This document shows, one piece after another, positions 28,580-44,213 of a stretch of DNA of 64,000 bases. Origin of the DNA: Eledone cirrhosa (Eukaryota); the NCBI GenBank assembly GCA_964016885.1, contig OZ024758.1, positions 22,568,001 through 22,632,000 on the forward strand, given 5' to 3'. The translations under genes and the position numbers were made by a program. The notes below the pieces were generated by a model, which saw only the letters and a list, made by a program, of their open reading frames with translations, was not told the origin of the DNA and made no database searches. The first letter of the stretch is position 1; each line of letters begins with the position of its first letter.

Positions 28580-29555
28580 TTAATATGTAGAGGTTTGGTT
28601 GTTATAAAGATGGACTCCATATTTTAAAGGATATATTTAAAGGCATGTATGTATTAAGTTCCAGATATGTAGAGGTTTGGTTGTTATAAAGATGAACTCA
28701 GTATTTTAAAGGATATATTTAGACATCTGTGTATTAAGTTCCCAGATATGTAGAGCTTTGGTTTTTACAAAGGTGAACTCAGTATTTTACGTTCCAGTTC
28801 CAGATTCAGATATGTAAAGCTTTGGTTGTTATAAAGATGAACTCAATATATTAAAGGATATATTTAGAGGCAGCTATGTATTAAGTTCCAGATATGTAAA
28901 GCTTTGGTTGTTATAAAGATGAACTCAATATATTAAAGGATATATTTAGAGACAGCTATGTATTAAGTTCCATATATGTAAAGCTTTGGTTGTTGTAAAG
29001 ATGAACTAAATATATTAAAGGATATATTTAGAGGCAGCTATGTATTAAGTTCCATATATGTAAAGCTTTGGTTGTTATAAAGATTAACTAAATATATTAA
29101 AGGATATATTTAAAGGCATGTATGTATTAAGTCCCAGATATGTAAAACTTTGGTTGTTATAAAGATGAACTAAATATATTAAAGGATATATTTAGAGGCA
29201 GCTATATATTAAGTTCCAGATATGTAAAGCTTTGGTTGTTATAAAGATGAACTAAATATTTTAAAGGATATATTTAAAGGCATGTATGTATTAAGTTCCA
29301 GATATGTAAAACTTTGGTTGTTGTAAAGATTAACTAAATATATTAAAGGATATATTTAGAGGCAGCTATGTATTAAGTTCCAGATATGTAAATCTTTGGT
29401 TGTTGTAAAGATTAACTAAATATTTTAAAGGATATATTTAAAGGCATGTATGTATTAAGTTCCAGTTCCAGATATATAGAGGTTGCTTGTTATAAAGATG
29501 AACTCAATATATTTTAAAGGATATATTTAGAAGCAGCTATGTATTAAGTTCCAGT
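28580..29555. repeat. About 80-bp AT-rich minisatellite
   Basis: ATATGTAAAGCTTTGGTTGTTATAAAGATGAACT...GTATTAAGTTCCAG units. Confidence 0.9.
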
Positions 29556-30284
29556 GTTATTCTTCTTTAGATAAGATTCTCTAGAAAAATAAGCTTTAAT
29601 TATTTTACCAATGATATCGTGTATTATAATGATAAAACTACACTTGAAAAATAGAAGGTATTATAGACCAATATCGTCTGATGTATCTTTATATAATTGG
29701 TATTTATAGAAATAGAATATTACACTGTTTGCGTTAGTGTCTTCTCTTCTTTTTCTTGTTGTTATTGTTGTTGTTCTTCTTCTTCGACGTCTTCTTTTTC
29801 TTCTCTTCTTCTTCTCCATCTTCTCCTTGTCCATCTTTTTCTTTTACTTTCTTTCTTTTTCTTTCTTTCTTCTTTGTTTCTTTCTTTCCTTCTTCCGCTC
29901 TGTCTCCCCCCCCCCCCTCTCTCTCTTCTAAAGAATGTCTAAGAATAATAACATACAATACATTGGGAGATGAGGAACCACTTATGATATTTAAACCAAT
30001 ATTTATTATTCCTATATTTAACGTTTAGTATCACCATTATGTAAATATATCTTTTGGTGAGCTCAGTCCAGGGAGGCTGTTTCGTTTCTCCCTATAACCA
30101 CAATTTCACTTCCTCTATCTATTGGCTCGTCAAGTATGAAATTTGTAGAAATTTGTTTGTTTTTTCTACAAATTTCATACTTGACCCAATACATCACTAA
30201 TACCATTAAAAAAAAAACACCGTAAGATAAATATAAATATTTATCAGTAGCACTAACATAGCGTTATTCATAATAGAAGTAGAG

Positions 30285-31050
30285 TCCAAGTAGAGCCACT
30301 ACTTCTCCGAATTGAGAGATCACAGCTCCAATACTATGGACATGTGGTTTGAAGGTCTCAGGAGATCAGAGAGTCACTCCAGGTAGAGTCACTACTTCTC
30401 TGAATTGAGAGATCACAGCTCCAATACTATGGACATGTGGTTTGAAGGTCTCAGGAGATCAGAGAGTCACTCCAGGTAGAGCTGTTACTTCTCCGAATTG
30501 AGAGATCACAGCTCCAATACTATGGGCATGTGGTTAGAATGTCTCAGGAGATCAGAGAGTCACTCCAGGTAGAGCTGCTACTTCTCCAAGTTGAGAGACC
30601 ACAACTCCGATACTATGGCCATGTGGTTTGAAGGTCTCAGGAGATCAGAGAGTCACTCCAGGTAGAGCCACTACTTCTCCGAATTGAGAGATCACAGCTC
30701 CAATACTATGGACATGTGGTTTGAAGGTCTCAGGAGATCAGAGAGTCACTCCAGGTAGAGCTGCTACTTCTCCGAATTGAGAGATCACAGCTCCGATACT
30801 ATGTGTATGTGGTTAGAATGTCTCAGGAGAGAATCGTTGGACAGATCTTACGGGCAAAACCAACCAACAGGAAATCCAGGGGTAGACCCCGACCAAGATT
30901 GTTTGATAGCATCCACGACCCTGACTGGTCACACTTGATCCAGACAGATCAGTTGGAGATAGTTGTTTCTGACAGAACCCACTGGAAGGAGTGTTTGAGG
31001 ACTCAGCTACCTCCACAACCCTCTCAAGAATAAGTGGGCAAAGAATAAGA
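30285..31050 (+). mobile_element. RTE-type LINE 3' fragment whose 5' part is amplified as a 93-bp tandem array (about 6 units, 30285-30830)
   Basis: Unit translates QVEPLLLRIERSQLQYYGHVV; continues RMSQERIVGQILRAKPTNRKSRGRPR..., typical of an RTE ORF C-terminus. Confidence 0.75.
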
Positions 31051-31489
31051 AGATGGGATCTCTATTTGTCAAACGTTTTCTTCGTAGCCTCTTCGTGTTC
31101 GTCAGCATAACACAGACATACTTTGCTGGGGAATTCATTTACGTTATTTATATTTTCTGATAGCTTGTTCTCGGCAATGTAGAGTTCATAAAACATTAAA
31201 GAAATATTATTGTAAGTGGGAGTTAAGAAAATCAGCAACGTTATTTATCTTGTCTTGTTAAAGATATCCCATTAACAGGCGTGCGATATGGTGGACGTGG
31301 GGAAACGGTAATTCTCTGTGTGAAATGTGAAATGAAGACTGCTAGAGTACTATTCAAGTTTTGTGTTATGCTTGGTCATATGTTTAGCTAACATGTACCG
31401 ATGATAAAAATACTATTATTGGAACTTTTACAGACAAATTGTGTCAAGGTAAAGAATGATGGATGTATGTGTGTGCATAAGTACACACA

Positions 31490-31508
31490 CACACACACAT
31501 ATATATAA

Positions 31509-31542
<34 letters not shown>

Positions 31543-31543
31543 T

Positions 31544-31619
<76 letters not shown>

Positions 31620-31654
31620 TATATAATATTATAAATATATATACATATATATAT

Positions 31655-31719
<65 letters not shown>

Positions 31720-32557
31720 CATGCATATATATATATACATGCATATATATATACATATATATACATGCATATATATATACATATATATACATGCATATAT
31801 ATATACATATATATACATGCATATATATATACATATATACATGCATATATATATATACATATATATATACATGCATATATATATATATACATATATATTA
31901 TATACATGCATATATATATACATATATATACATGCATATATATATACATATATATACATGCATATATATACTATATACATGCAGTATATATACATATAAC
32001 ATCATATATATACATCTATATACATATATATAAACATATAAATATACATATATATATATATATACATGCATATATATATACATGCGTATATATATATATA
32101 CATGCGTATATATATATACATATATACATATATATATACATGCATACATATATATATATACATGCGTATATATATATATACATATATACATACATGCATA
32201 TACATATATATATACATGCATATATATATATATACATATATACATATATACATATATATATACATGCATATACATATATATATACATGCATATACATATA
32301 TATATACATGCATATACATATATATATACATGCATATATATATATACACATATATATATATACACATATATATATATATATATATATACACATACATACA
32401 TGCATATACATATATATATATATATATACATGCATATATATATATATATATATACATATATACATGCATATACATATATATATATACATATATACATGCA
32501 TATACATATATATATATACATATATACATGCATATATATATATACATATATACATGC
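31490..32557. repeat. (TA)n array with CATGCA punctuation
   Basis: Direct inspection. Confidence 0.95.
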
Positions 32558-33846
32558 AAAGCCGCATTGTTCTCAGAACCACTACACCTGTCTTCCGATG
32601 TGTGCAGCTGGAACTACTGCCACCCATTGAGTTGCCAGGTTTTTTAAATTTATTTTGAGATGGCCGTTGACTCTTATGAGTTCTTCCGCCCTTTGTCAGG
32701 TTTTGTTTTTTGTCCTGCAGGGTGTCGAAAATCACCCTCCTCATCTTGGTGGGTGTTGCCGGTTTAGTCGCCAACGATCCAACCACGAGACAGGTTGTAC
32801 TGGGTTACATGCTACCGGTAGCACTCAAGATCGACCATATAAGAGTATAACAGTATTAGACTTTAGGGTTACCCCCAAAAGTTTCTGAACCAAAAAAGGG
32901 TTCCGCGTTTGAAAAAGTTTAGGAAATCTAGATTTAATCAATTTTGCTCTTCTCCCCCAAATTTGCTGGTCTTGTGTCTAAATTAGAAATGACTATAAGT
33001 ACAATAAGAACAACTGTTACTGTACCTATTACATCAGATCTAAAACACCAACCTTCGTGTCAGTTGGTTCCCTACTCATTTCAGAAGTCAGTGCTTTTTT
33101 TCATTTTTTCATATTTTTTATTTTATTTTCATTTTTCGTTTTCATTTTTCGTTTTTGTATTCTTTTTTCGTTTTTATATTCTTTTTTCTTTTTTCTTTTT
33201 ACTTTTTTCTTTTTTCTTTTCTTTTTTTTTCGTATTTTTTTTTTTTTCAATTTCAAATACTAATCACGAGTTGATGAACATGATGAACACGAGTTGATGA
33301 ACATCACAGGTCCCTTATTATGCAAAGGTGTAAAATGAATAAAAGTAGCTGGTGGGAGGGGGGGGGGGTTTACAAAACCTGTACGAAGCAATAAAAAGTA
33401 TTAGACAAAAAAAATTGCTTTATGATTTATGTATGACTCATATTTTTCGTTCAGCCTTGAAATAATCTATGTTGTTTTAGTATTCTTCTCAACAATCTTT
33501 TCCCTATTGGAAGCCATTGTTGACAAGTGTCGTATGTCAGATAATGCCAGACTATTGTGCAGTTATGTCTACGTGACACATATGTGTCATCACTTTGAAT
33601 AGTTCAGATTCTTAATTCCTTTTATATAAACACTGCCTTTTAAACAATATGATTGGCCTGAGAGTTAAAAGCATGGGAACCATTCTAATTCAAAAGAAAT
33701 TCCTTCAAAAGAATATTAATTCATATCTGCTTTGAAAAATGGCTTTAAGAAATATGTTCAGGTGGAAAAATATTATCTGCAGTTTATTACTCTAGTTAAA
33801 AGATGTTATGGTGTGCAATGTCAACCAAGAATGTAAGTTATAAACT

Positions 33847-34055
33847 TACGAGAGTCGGCTGAAAATTTCATTGGCTGACGATGAAGGAGTGATGCTAGAG
33901 CTATGAAATCTTGCATGCATTAATTTCAACTCTTCTTATTAATAACTGTATTGTTTCTTTCTAGAGTTAGAGTTAGGACTATGTTGGCAAATAAACCTCA
34001 TTTGGTCATTCCATGAGAGTATCTTGGTCAGCATATTAACATTTAGACCAACACT

Positions 34056-34097
<42 letters not shown>

Positions 34098-34300
34098 CAC
34101 ACATGAGGGTAGGCTGAAAAGTTCATAGGCTAACTATGAAGGAATGATGCTAGAGCTGTGAATTCTTGCATGCATTAATTTCAACTCTTCTTATTAATAA
34201 CTACATTGTTTCTATCTAGGGACTATGTTGACAAATAAACCTCATTTGGTCATCCCATGAGAATATCTTGGTTAGTCTATGACCTTTTCAGCTAATCAAC
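33847..34300. mobile_element. Two about 200-bp mariner-like MITE copies (33847-34058, 34102-34300); fragment at 27320-27460
   Basis: Ends TACGAG.GT.GGCTGAAAAGTTCATAGGCT / AGTCTATGACCTTTTCAGC; shared interior. Confidence 0.6.
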
Positions 34301-34358
34301 TTTACATAGGCTGACCACTGAACAACAAAGCAATGAACTATCTATTGCATTTACGATA

Positions 34359-35380
34359 TTAACCTTTTAATGTTCAAACCGGCCAAAACCGGCCAGAATT
34401 CTCTACCTTTTTCTGTTGAAACTGGCTGTAACTGGTCACTCAAACTGATGTTATGGTATTGTTCTCAAAATAAATACTTTCAAAATCTCAGAGATTCAAT
34501 ATTATGTGAGATAATTATGCGAGGTAAAGCCTTTACCATGAATATATATTAGTATCTAGAGAGTAATGTGAATGTTAAAAGGTTAAACCGGTCGTATCCA
34601 GCCAGAATTCTCTCACCTCTTTCTGTTGAAACTGGCTGTAACTGGTCGTTCAAACTGAGGTTAAGGTATTGTTCTCAAAATAAATACTTTCAAAATCTCA
34701 TAGATTCGATATTATGTGAGATAATTATGCAAGGTAAAGCCTTTACCATGAATATATAATAGTATATATAGAGTAAAGTGAATGTTATGTGAGATAATTA
34801 TGCAAGGTAAAGCCTTTACCATGAATATATAATAGTATATATAGAGTAATGTGAATGTTATGTGAGATAATTATGCAAGGTAAAGCCTTTACCATGAATA
34901 TATAATAGTATATATAGAGTAAAGTGAATGTTATGTGAGATAATTATGCAAGGTAAAGCCTTTACCATGAATATATAATAGTATATATAGAGTAAAGTGA
35001 ATGTTATGTGAGATAATTATGCAAGGTAAAGCCTTTACCATGAATATATAATAGTATATATAGAGTAAAGTGAATGTTATGTGAGATAATTATGCAAGGT
35101 AAAGCCTTTACCATGAATATATAATAGTATATATAGAGTAAAGTGAATGTTATGTGAGATAATTATGCAAGGTAAAGCCTTTACCATGAATATATAATAG
35201 TATATATAGAGTAAAGTGAATGTTATGTGAGATAATTATGCAAGGTAAAGCCTTTGCCATGAATATATAATAGTATATATAGAGTAATGTGAATGTTATG
35301 TGAGATAATTATGCAAGGTAAAGCCTTTACCATGAATATATAATAGTATATAGAGAGTAATGTGAATGGTAAAAGGTTAA
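34359..35380. mobile_element. piggyBac-like MITE, tandemly duplicated, with an internal 60-bp array (about 11 units)
   Basis: TTAA-CCTTTTAA at 34359; TTAAAAGG-TTAA at 34586 and TAAAAGG-TTAA at 35380; 60-bp unit ATGTGAGATAATTATGCAAGGTAAAGCCTTTACCATG... Confidence 0.65.
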
Positions 35381-35637
35381 AGTGTTTATATAGCGTAACT
35401 TTTATCAGTCTGCGTTTCGTATTATTGTCAGCGTTCTGGCATGTTCTCTGATGTGGGGATAACTCAATTTCTTGATGCTTTGCTTCCTAATACAGCAACC
35501 CACAATAACTATCACAGTAACGAGTAGTTATCTTGAACTGGGGGGTTATGTAAGGCTCTAGATATTATTCGCCCCCATACACACACACTCATATATATAC
35601 ACACATATATATATACATATATAAATATATATATGTC

Positions 35638-35679
<42 letters not shown>

Positions 35680-35733
35680 AGTGTGTGTGTATATGTATAT
35701 ATATATATATATGTGTGTGTGTGTTTATGTATA

Positions 35734-35770
<37 letters not shown>

Positions 35771-35927
35771 GTGTGTGTGTGTATGTATATGTGTGTGTGT
35801 GTGTGTATGTATATGTGTGTGTGTGTGTATATATATACATATGTCTGTATATATATATATATATATACATATGTCTGTATATATATGTATATACATGTCT
35901 GTATATATATGTATATACATATGTCTG

Positions 35928-35984
<57 letters not shown>

Positions 35985-35992
35985 GTGTCTAT

Positions 35993-36030
<38 letters not shown>

Positions 36031-36037
36031 GTGTGTC

Positions 36038-36081
<44 letters not shown>

Positions 36082-36099
36082 CATATATATATATGTGTC

Positions 36100-36146
<47 letters not shown>

Positions 36147-36149
36147 GTC

Positions 36150-36203
<54 letters not shown>

Positions 36204-36836
36204 AACACTACGATGCCTATATTCTTTACAAAACATATATCCAAGTAGTATTGTAATTCTTCTCAGTGTCATGACTACTTACAAAAGAAACAGGAAAATT
36301 TGGCTCGTTTAACCATTTGAACTTTTCAAACGAAAGTTGCAGCCTGTCTCCTTTCTTCTGAAGGTCTATTTGCAATGTAAGGGGACGGGTTTCCATAATG
36401 CAACCAGCTCAGAGGTTGACGTTTTATAAATCAAACAGTAACGCCTAGTATTATAGTTTCTGGTGATTTGTAAACATGTACCATTAGAAGACATGTTTCT
36501 CACAGTCTTGAGTAAACTATTTGTCTAGTTCCAGATATCTTTGAAGGTTTTAAAGGTTTCAAATCGTCTTTATTTAAAATTATGTACAGGTGTTTTTCAC
36601 ACAGAATAATACACACACAAACACACACACACGCACACACACACACACACATTTTTGCTTGTTACGAAATTCAAATACACACACACACACATTTTTGCCT
36701 GTTACGAAATACGAACTTCAAATACACACTCACACACGCACACACACATTTTTTTGCTTGTTACGAAAGACGAAATTCAAATACACACACATATATATAT
36801 ATATGATATATGTATATATACACTTATCTACACGCA

Positions 36837-36872
<36 letters not shown>

Positions 36873-37021
36873 ATTTTTGCCTGTTACGAAATACGAACTT
36901 CAAATACACACTCACACACACATTTTTTTGCTTGTTACGAAAGACGAAATTCAAATACACACACACATATATATATATGATATATGTATATATACACTTA
37001 TCTAGACGCACGCGCACACAA

Positions 37022-37068
<47 letters not shown>

Positions 37069-37117
37069 TATATATAATTAGAATTTAGCTTCTAACATAG
37101 CTGTATAGAAATATATA

Positions 37118-37574
37118 TTTGAATTTCGTATTTCTAAAGAAAAACGGTATGTTTATAAATAAACATTTAGAAAGCCATAGCTATGAAAAACACTGGCAGC
37201 TAACGCCACACAGCGGTGCTCGGCAGAAGCAAGGGGGGCAATGGTCAATGCATTTCGAACTCGATTGGTTCTCCTGAGGAGGATCTCTCCCGCTCGTGCA
37301 ACTGCCAGACTTTGAAAATCACCTCATTTACACAGACGAAAACCCCCCCCCAAAACTATATATTTTCGCCTGTTTTCAAAGCCTTGCAGTTGCAAGAGCG
37401 GGAGTGATCGTCCTAACAAGAGAACCAGTCGAGTTCGAAATGCATCGACGATTGTCCCCCTTGCTTCTGCCGAGCACCACTGTGTGGCGTTAGCTGCCAG
37501 TGTTTTTCATAGCTATGGCTTTCTAAATGTTTATTTATAAACATACCGTATTTCTTCAGAAATACAAAATTCAA

Positions 37575-37576
<2 letters not shown>
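37118..37576. mobile_element. About 460-bp imperfect palindrome with a decayed hammerhead (37407-37452 on +)
   Basis: aucguc-CUAACAA-ga-gaac(cagucga)guuc-GAAAU-gc-AUC-gacgau; arms about 37118-37320 and 37374-37576. Confidence 0.72.
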
Positions 37577-37625
<49 letters not shown>

Positions 37626-37642
37626 CACACACACACATATAT

Positions 37643-37709
<67 letters not shown>

Positions 37710-37778
37710 TATACACACACTTATACACATATATACACACACACACATATATATACACACACACACATACACATATAT

Positions 37779-37829
<51 letters not shown>

Positions 37830-37862
37830 TATATACACACACATATATACACACACACACAC

Positions 37863-37899
<37 letters not shown>

Positions 37900-38904
37900 C
37901 TTTATGATTATGTAGTTGTATGGATACAGTTATACAAAAATGAAATGACATCTATGTTCACAACTCTGAACTGTATAGATACTGACGGGTGAATCAAGTA
38001 GTGCAGCTTATAAAAAGAAGAAACTTCTCTCTCCCTGGATACTAACTAAACCACAACAGGGCTTTACAGGGATGATGTATTCAAGCTACTGGCACTACTA
38101 CTAAAGATCCAGATATTTATTATAAGATAATTGTTTCTACTTTTGGCACAAGGCCAGCATATACCCAGTGTATTACTGGTACTTTATTTTATCGACCCCG
38201 TAAGGATGAAAGGCAAAGTTAACCTCGGCCGGATTTGAACTCAGAATGGCAAGGGCCGTAACTCTATGCGTCAAAGCATGGCGTCCGACCCTCTACCGAT
38301 ACTGCCAATATAAGATAATGGAATAAAAATAAATGAATAAAAAGCATGAATTGAACCTATATTACAGTTTGATCTTCTCGCCGGAAACGTTCCACCACGT
38401 TACAACATTTACACAAGTCAAAAGTCAGTAGAAGTATAGCTTACTTTGTTAACATTCGTCATGTAGTTATCATGTAACATATACTTTATGTTATGCTAGA
38501 TTGAACGTGGAAATATCGCATATTTCTCTCTATCCCACATGGATTTTCATGTAAAGGTACACAGACAACCAATGACAAGTTTCCGAAATTGCCTAAAGTT
38601 ATCTCTACTTGGTTCATTCAGCCACTACTTGCAACAGATAACATAGGTATAATATCTTGTATCGTTTTACGATGCAATCTAAAATATCAAAGCTCTGTCG
38701 ATATCTAAGGTAAGGGAAGAGCTGAAAGATGGACGTCCCAACTGCATTTCATTTGAAAACTAACCATGATAGTGTTGAACTGATAACTTAGGTACACATA
38801 AGCACATATATTTAAATTACGTGAATACAAACATATAGTTTATATGATGTCTGTGTGAATACGTACATATATTACAAACACACACACACACACATCTCTC
38901 TCTC

Positions 38905-38937
<33 letters not shown>

Positions 38938-38966
38938 GTTAAGGGTGAAAGCAGCGATTCTTTGCT

Positions 38967-39025
<59 letters not shown>

Positions 39026-39084
39026 TTAAAATAACAGATTAAAGTTTAAGCAAAGAATCGCTGCTTTCACCCTTAACATATATA

Positions 39085-39945
<861 letters not shown>

Positions 39946-40553
39946 TATCTCTTTCTCTTAATTTCGAGTATATTTTTTTGACCGGCCACCTTCCTGGTGG
40001 CAAGGTTGTAACAGAAAAGAAATTGTCATCCCTTCAATCGCAAGAATGTTTCGCAAATTTTGTATGCATATATATACATGTATATATATATATACGTATA
40101 TATATATGTATATGTGTGTATATATGTGTGGGGGGGGGGGGCGTATGCGTGTGTATGTATTTGTACTATATCGGACCATTATAAAATCTTTGTGCAATTC
40201 TAATCTTGCATATTTGATAGAATTATCTGAAAAATATAATTGATAGAATTTATTTTGTCTTTAAATGAATTTATTCTAGAAATTGTTTTGTTTCCACCAC
40301 CCCTCCCCAAAGTCCACCTTTATTACGTAAACAAAACAAAGAGTGACGCCATTTTGAAATTCTAGAAATCTTATTTTTTTAAGCTGGATAATAGTTATAC
40401 CCAGACTAACACTAGTTATCCTAACATACGCCATATTGAAAACAGCGTTTAGTTGAATGGAAAAAAAATGTCTCCAGGAAATAATGTTGAAGTAATTAGT
40501 AAATTGTTTTTTTTTTAGAGATTTTTTATTATATGATATATATATATATATAT

Positions 40554-40633
<80 letters not shown>

Positions 40634-40705
40634 AAGAAAAAGGGATGAAATCGAAAATGCAACTGAAGTCTTATTTTTTTTTTAAATATATATATTTATT
40701 TGGTT

Positions 40706-40743
40706 CCTTTACCGGTTTCGCAGTTCTTCTGCTTTTCAAAAGG
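40706..40743 (-). ncRNA. Decayed minimal hammerhead (truncated relative at about 28170-28198)
   Basis: ccuu-UUGAAAA-gcag(aagaa)cugc-GAAAC-cg-GUA-aagg; palindrome ACCGGU; two core mismatches. Confidence 0.55.
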
Positions 40744-40864
40744 TGAGTTGAGATGGAGGGTCTGTGGTTTTTCTCACATCTCATATATATATATATATAT
40801 AAAATATATATATATATATATAAAATAGAAAGATTTGAATGGATACAGTTTAGTTGAAAGGAAT

Positions 40865-40984
40865 TTATTGACACGTGTTTCTATAACAGTTACGTAACCT
40901 AAAACAGCTGCTATCTACAAACTTTTAGTTATGCAGACATTCAATATTTCAATGTTATTATTTACTGTCATTTCATCAGAATAA
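40865..40984 (-). ncRNA. Type I hammerhead ribozyme in the 3' pLTR, with long stem II
   Basis: Same core and stems as the 44418-44537 copy. Confidence 0.8.
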
Positions 40985-41526
40985 TATTACTGAGGACCTA
41001 TTTAGTTTTTATAGAGAATATTAGGAGGGAGGGGTGAAGTTGTTAGAAGAATAGTTGAAGGAGTGGTTTTTCGATAGCAGTGAGAATTCTTGGTGGCAGT
41101 GAGTAATTAGATTCCCATCTGTTGTTTTGACATTTTTTATAGAATATATTATTGGTTATTTTTCTAAATCTATAGAAGGATTAGAGATAGTAAAGATATG
41201 CGTGGTTGGTTTTGTGTTTGCACTTAATTAACATTCAGACTTAAATTTTTCTTTCAAGTGTAAGTATCCTTTCACACACGCATTCACACACAAATATATT
41301 TGCGCACCTCTACAAAATACATATACTCACAATTCACATATTCATACTAACATATATATACACATGCATACACATATATATACACACATGTATTCATGTA
41401 CATACATACGCGCTCATGTGTATACATTTTCATACTCAACTTATCTTTATATACACACGTATAGACACACACATATATACATACATACTCTAGTCCATGT
41501 GTACACACATATACATACATACACAC

Positions 41527-41623
<97 letters not shown>

Positions 41624-41838
41624 CACTTTAATACATGAATACACTTACATCTAACTATACACATCAAACATATATATATATTTACTTATTTATATACATT
41701 TTCACATATATATACATACTTATGGACGTTTTTAGACACATTCATTATCGCATATTTGCACCTATTCTCATCAGCATATCTTTCCATTATTAGTGTGGTA
41801 ATTTAAGGTTATTAATATATGTTGAGAAGAGATTGTTT

Positions 41839-44213
41839 TTATATTTTTCTAACTAGATTAAGGTTTATATAGTTGGGGGATGTCCCTCTTTTTATGTAAT
41901 ATTCGGCTTGTAGTGGGGAAAAAAGGGTTTTAGTTCTGTGACGGCAGAATAATGTTCGTTCAATTCTGTTATTCAGCAGTTTCTTCTTGTGTGTGATTAT
42001 GTAATAAATCTCAAGATTACACAATTTGCAGAAATTTTGGCTCCTGGAAAAGCTTTGGGTTTTAGCTAATTTCTCCCATTTTAGGGTAAACTTTTGATCG
42101 CTATCCCTGAGCGTCCAAGCTTTTTCTGCTAAAGTTGTTACATTTCTTTGGCTCTGGTGTTTTATTGAGTAAGAATGCCTATACAATCGAGATTTAAACG
42201 ATGTTGCCGTTGATCCCACGTAATACCACTCGTTGCCTCCGGATTTAATGGTACACTTATAAATAATATTTTTTTCCAGGCAGTTATTGCCGAGGGGGCA
42301 GTTGTCAGGATAGGTGCAGTTACAGTTGTGTACGTTGGGTTTTCTCTGGAGTAGTATTGCGGACGAACTTAGGTGTGGTTTATTTATGTTCTGTAGTGTA
42401 TTGTCTACTGTTTTTTTTGTGTTCTTTGTACTTAAGTTCTTAGTGTTTTCGTTTAACCTTCTAGTATTGATCTTTTTTATGTGTTGTTCAAGGTTTAACG
42501 CTGTAGAGTATGACAGTCTTATAGTGGTAGGGTTTAGGATTTTGTGGTATTTGTGTGATGTGGGAAAATGTCTTTTAATTATTTTAAAGAAGAGTACTGG
42601 TAAATTTGTACTAATGGAACTATTGTATTCGGGGTTATACCATAAGTATTCTTTGCATCGCTTTCTATTAGTTTTGTTTGTTGGTTTACTGGTGTGCATA
42701 CTATGGTAGTAAGTGTGGTTTGGTGTTGTGTTATTATATCTACCTATGTGGGATTTATTTTGGGTGTTTTGATTGTTCCCATCTATGTACTCTATTTTGT
42801 TGAGGTAGCCTGCTTTACTAAGGGCGTTATCGTAGTACTCGGCGTGTTCCTTAAATACTTGTATGTTAGAAGATAGACCCGAGATTCTAAGGGAAATATT
42901 TTTAGGGATAGATTTAATTATAGAGATGGGGTGGTTAGACCCAACATTTACGTATTTGAGATTTTCATTCAATTTATGAAACGGTTTAATCAAACCAGAG
43001 TTTAAATTGAGTGTGACATCCAGGAAGTTAACTACTTTAAGGTTGTATTCATATGTTATAGTTAGTCCTATTTCGAGTAGTAGTTTTCTTATATCTTTGC
43101 GTAGTTTTTCTAGTTTTTGGTTATTAAGGTTTTTAGCTAGGAGGAGAACATCGTCGCGGTATATTCCGCCGTGGAGATTGCTGAATTTTTCCTGGAGTCT
43201 AAAGGCGATAATAACCCCACAATATCAGTTATTTCCGCCGAATCGTTAGAGCCCATTGTTATGTCAAAGTTAGAGGGTCTATCTTTACGTACCCAATAAC
43301 TGTTCTCAAATTTGACTATAGTTTTCCTAGCTTCTAATATAATCTTAATTTCATCGTTTGTAAGGTCAGAGTTATCCTTAGCAAACTTAATGGCTCTATT
43401 CAAAGTTTCAGGTGATATCGATGAGTAATATTCATCGATATCAAACTGGATAAACTTAGATTTATTCTTATTGCTAATGCTATTAAACCATCTTATTGCT
43501 TCTTGGGTCTTCCCCCAGAGTTTAATGTTAACCTTAGCCTTAATTTGGGGGATGATTCTATCTAAGATATATTTGCTTATTTTACCTATATCTGATTTAG
43601 AGGGGCAGATTAATCTAATTTTAGGGTCATTATCAAAGTTTACCTTGTGGTCCTTAAGATTGAAGGTGGGTACCGCCGGTAAGAGTGGTCCTGTCCTATC
43701 TTCGATTCCGAGATTTTTCACTATTTCGCATGCCTCATCATTGATGTGCTTAAGGGTTACTTCACTCGTTTTTCTATATTTTTTATGTAATTCTTTTCGA
43801 ATGAAGTTGCTGTATGTAGTGCAATCCATAGTGTACAGGTTTGATGTTTTGTCCGCTTTTACTACAATTCCTTTGGTGTTTTTAAGGTCGTCCAGTAGTT
43901 TTTTTATATCTTTCTGTAATTTGCTGTTGGTGTTGCGTCCTTTGAATTTAATTTTAAGGATTAAGTTCATAAGGTCCTGCTCAAATGCATCTAATAGTGG
44001 GTTGGTGGGTGGGTTTTTACAAGTCCTAAAACCGAATTTGTTGTTTACACCACTTTCTAATGTTGAGTTCATACGGCTTCTATCATAGTGGAGCGTTTTC
44101 CACCTGACACGTCGAATGAATTCATTAGTTTTTTGAATCAAACTCAATAAATATTCCTTTCTACCTTGGCTTGGTATGTTTTTGAGTGACATATCCAGGT
44201 AGTGTTTTTCCAT
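41839..44213 (-). pseudogene. PLE reverse transcriptase + GIY-YIG endonuclease ORF (about 791 aa if repaired), single 1-nt frameshift near 43210
   Basis: ORF 43137-44213 has KADKT, LKDHK, FDIDEYYSSI and ITMGSNDSAE. The shifted frame continues IAFRLQEKFSNLHGGI-YRDD (43150-43161)-VLLL...VNFLDVTL into ORF 41839-42993, which has SNHP, NIIYKC..YVGST..FKSR..H, CKLCNLE, LLNNRIE and CRH. Confidence 0.92.

Noticed and set aside
29697-30028. Low-complexity ORFs (also 17924-18318, 22149-22607, 32944-33297, 60232-60675)
   Set aside because: Translations of CT/T-rich simple sequence
43190-43225. Programmed frameshift in the PLE RT
   Set aside because: No slippery heptamer seen; it falls mid-RT; a single deletion or sequencing error is simpler
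42314-44088. Plus-strand ORFs of 131 and 205 aa
   Set aside because: Antisense shadows of the PLE ORF
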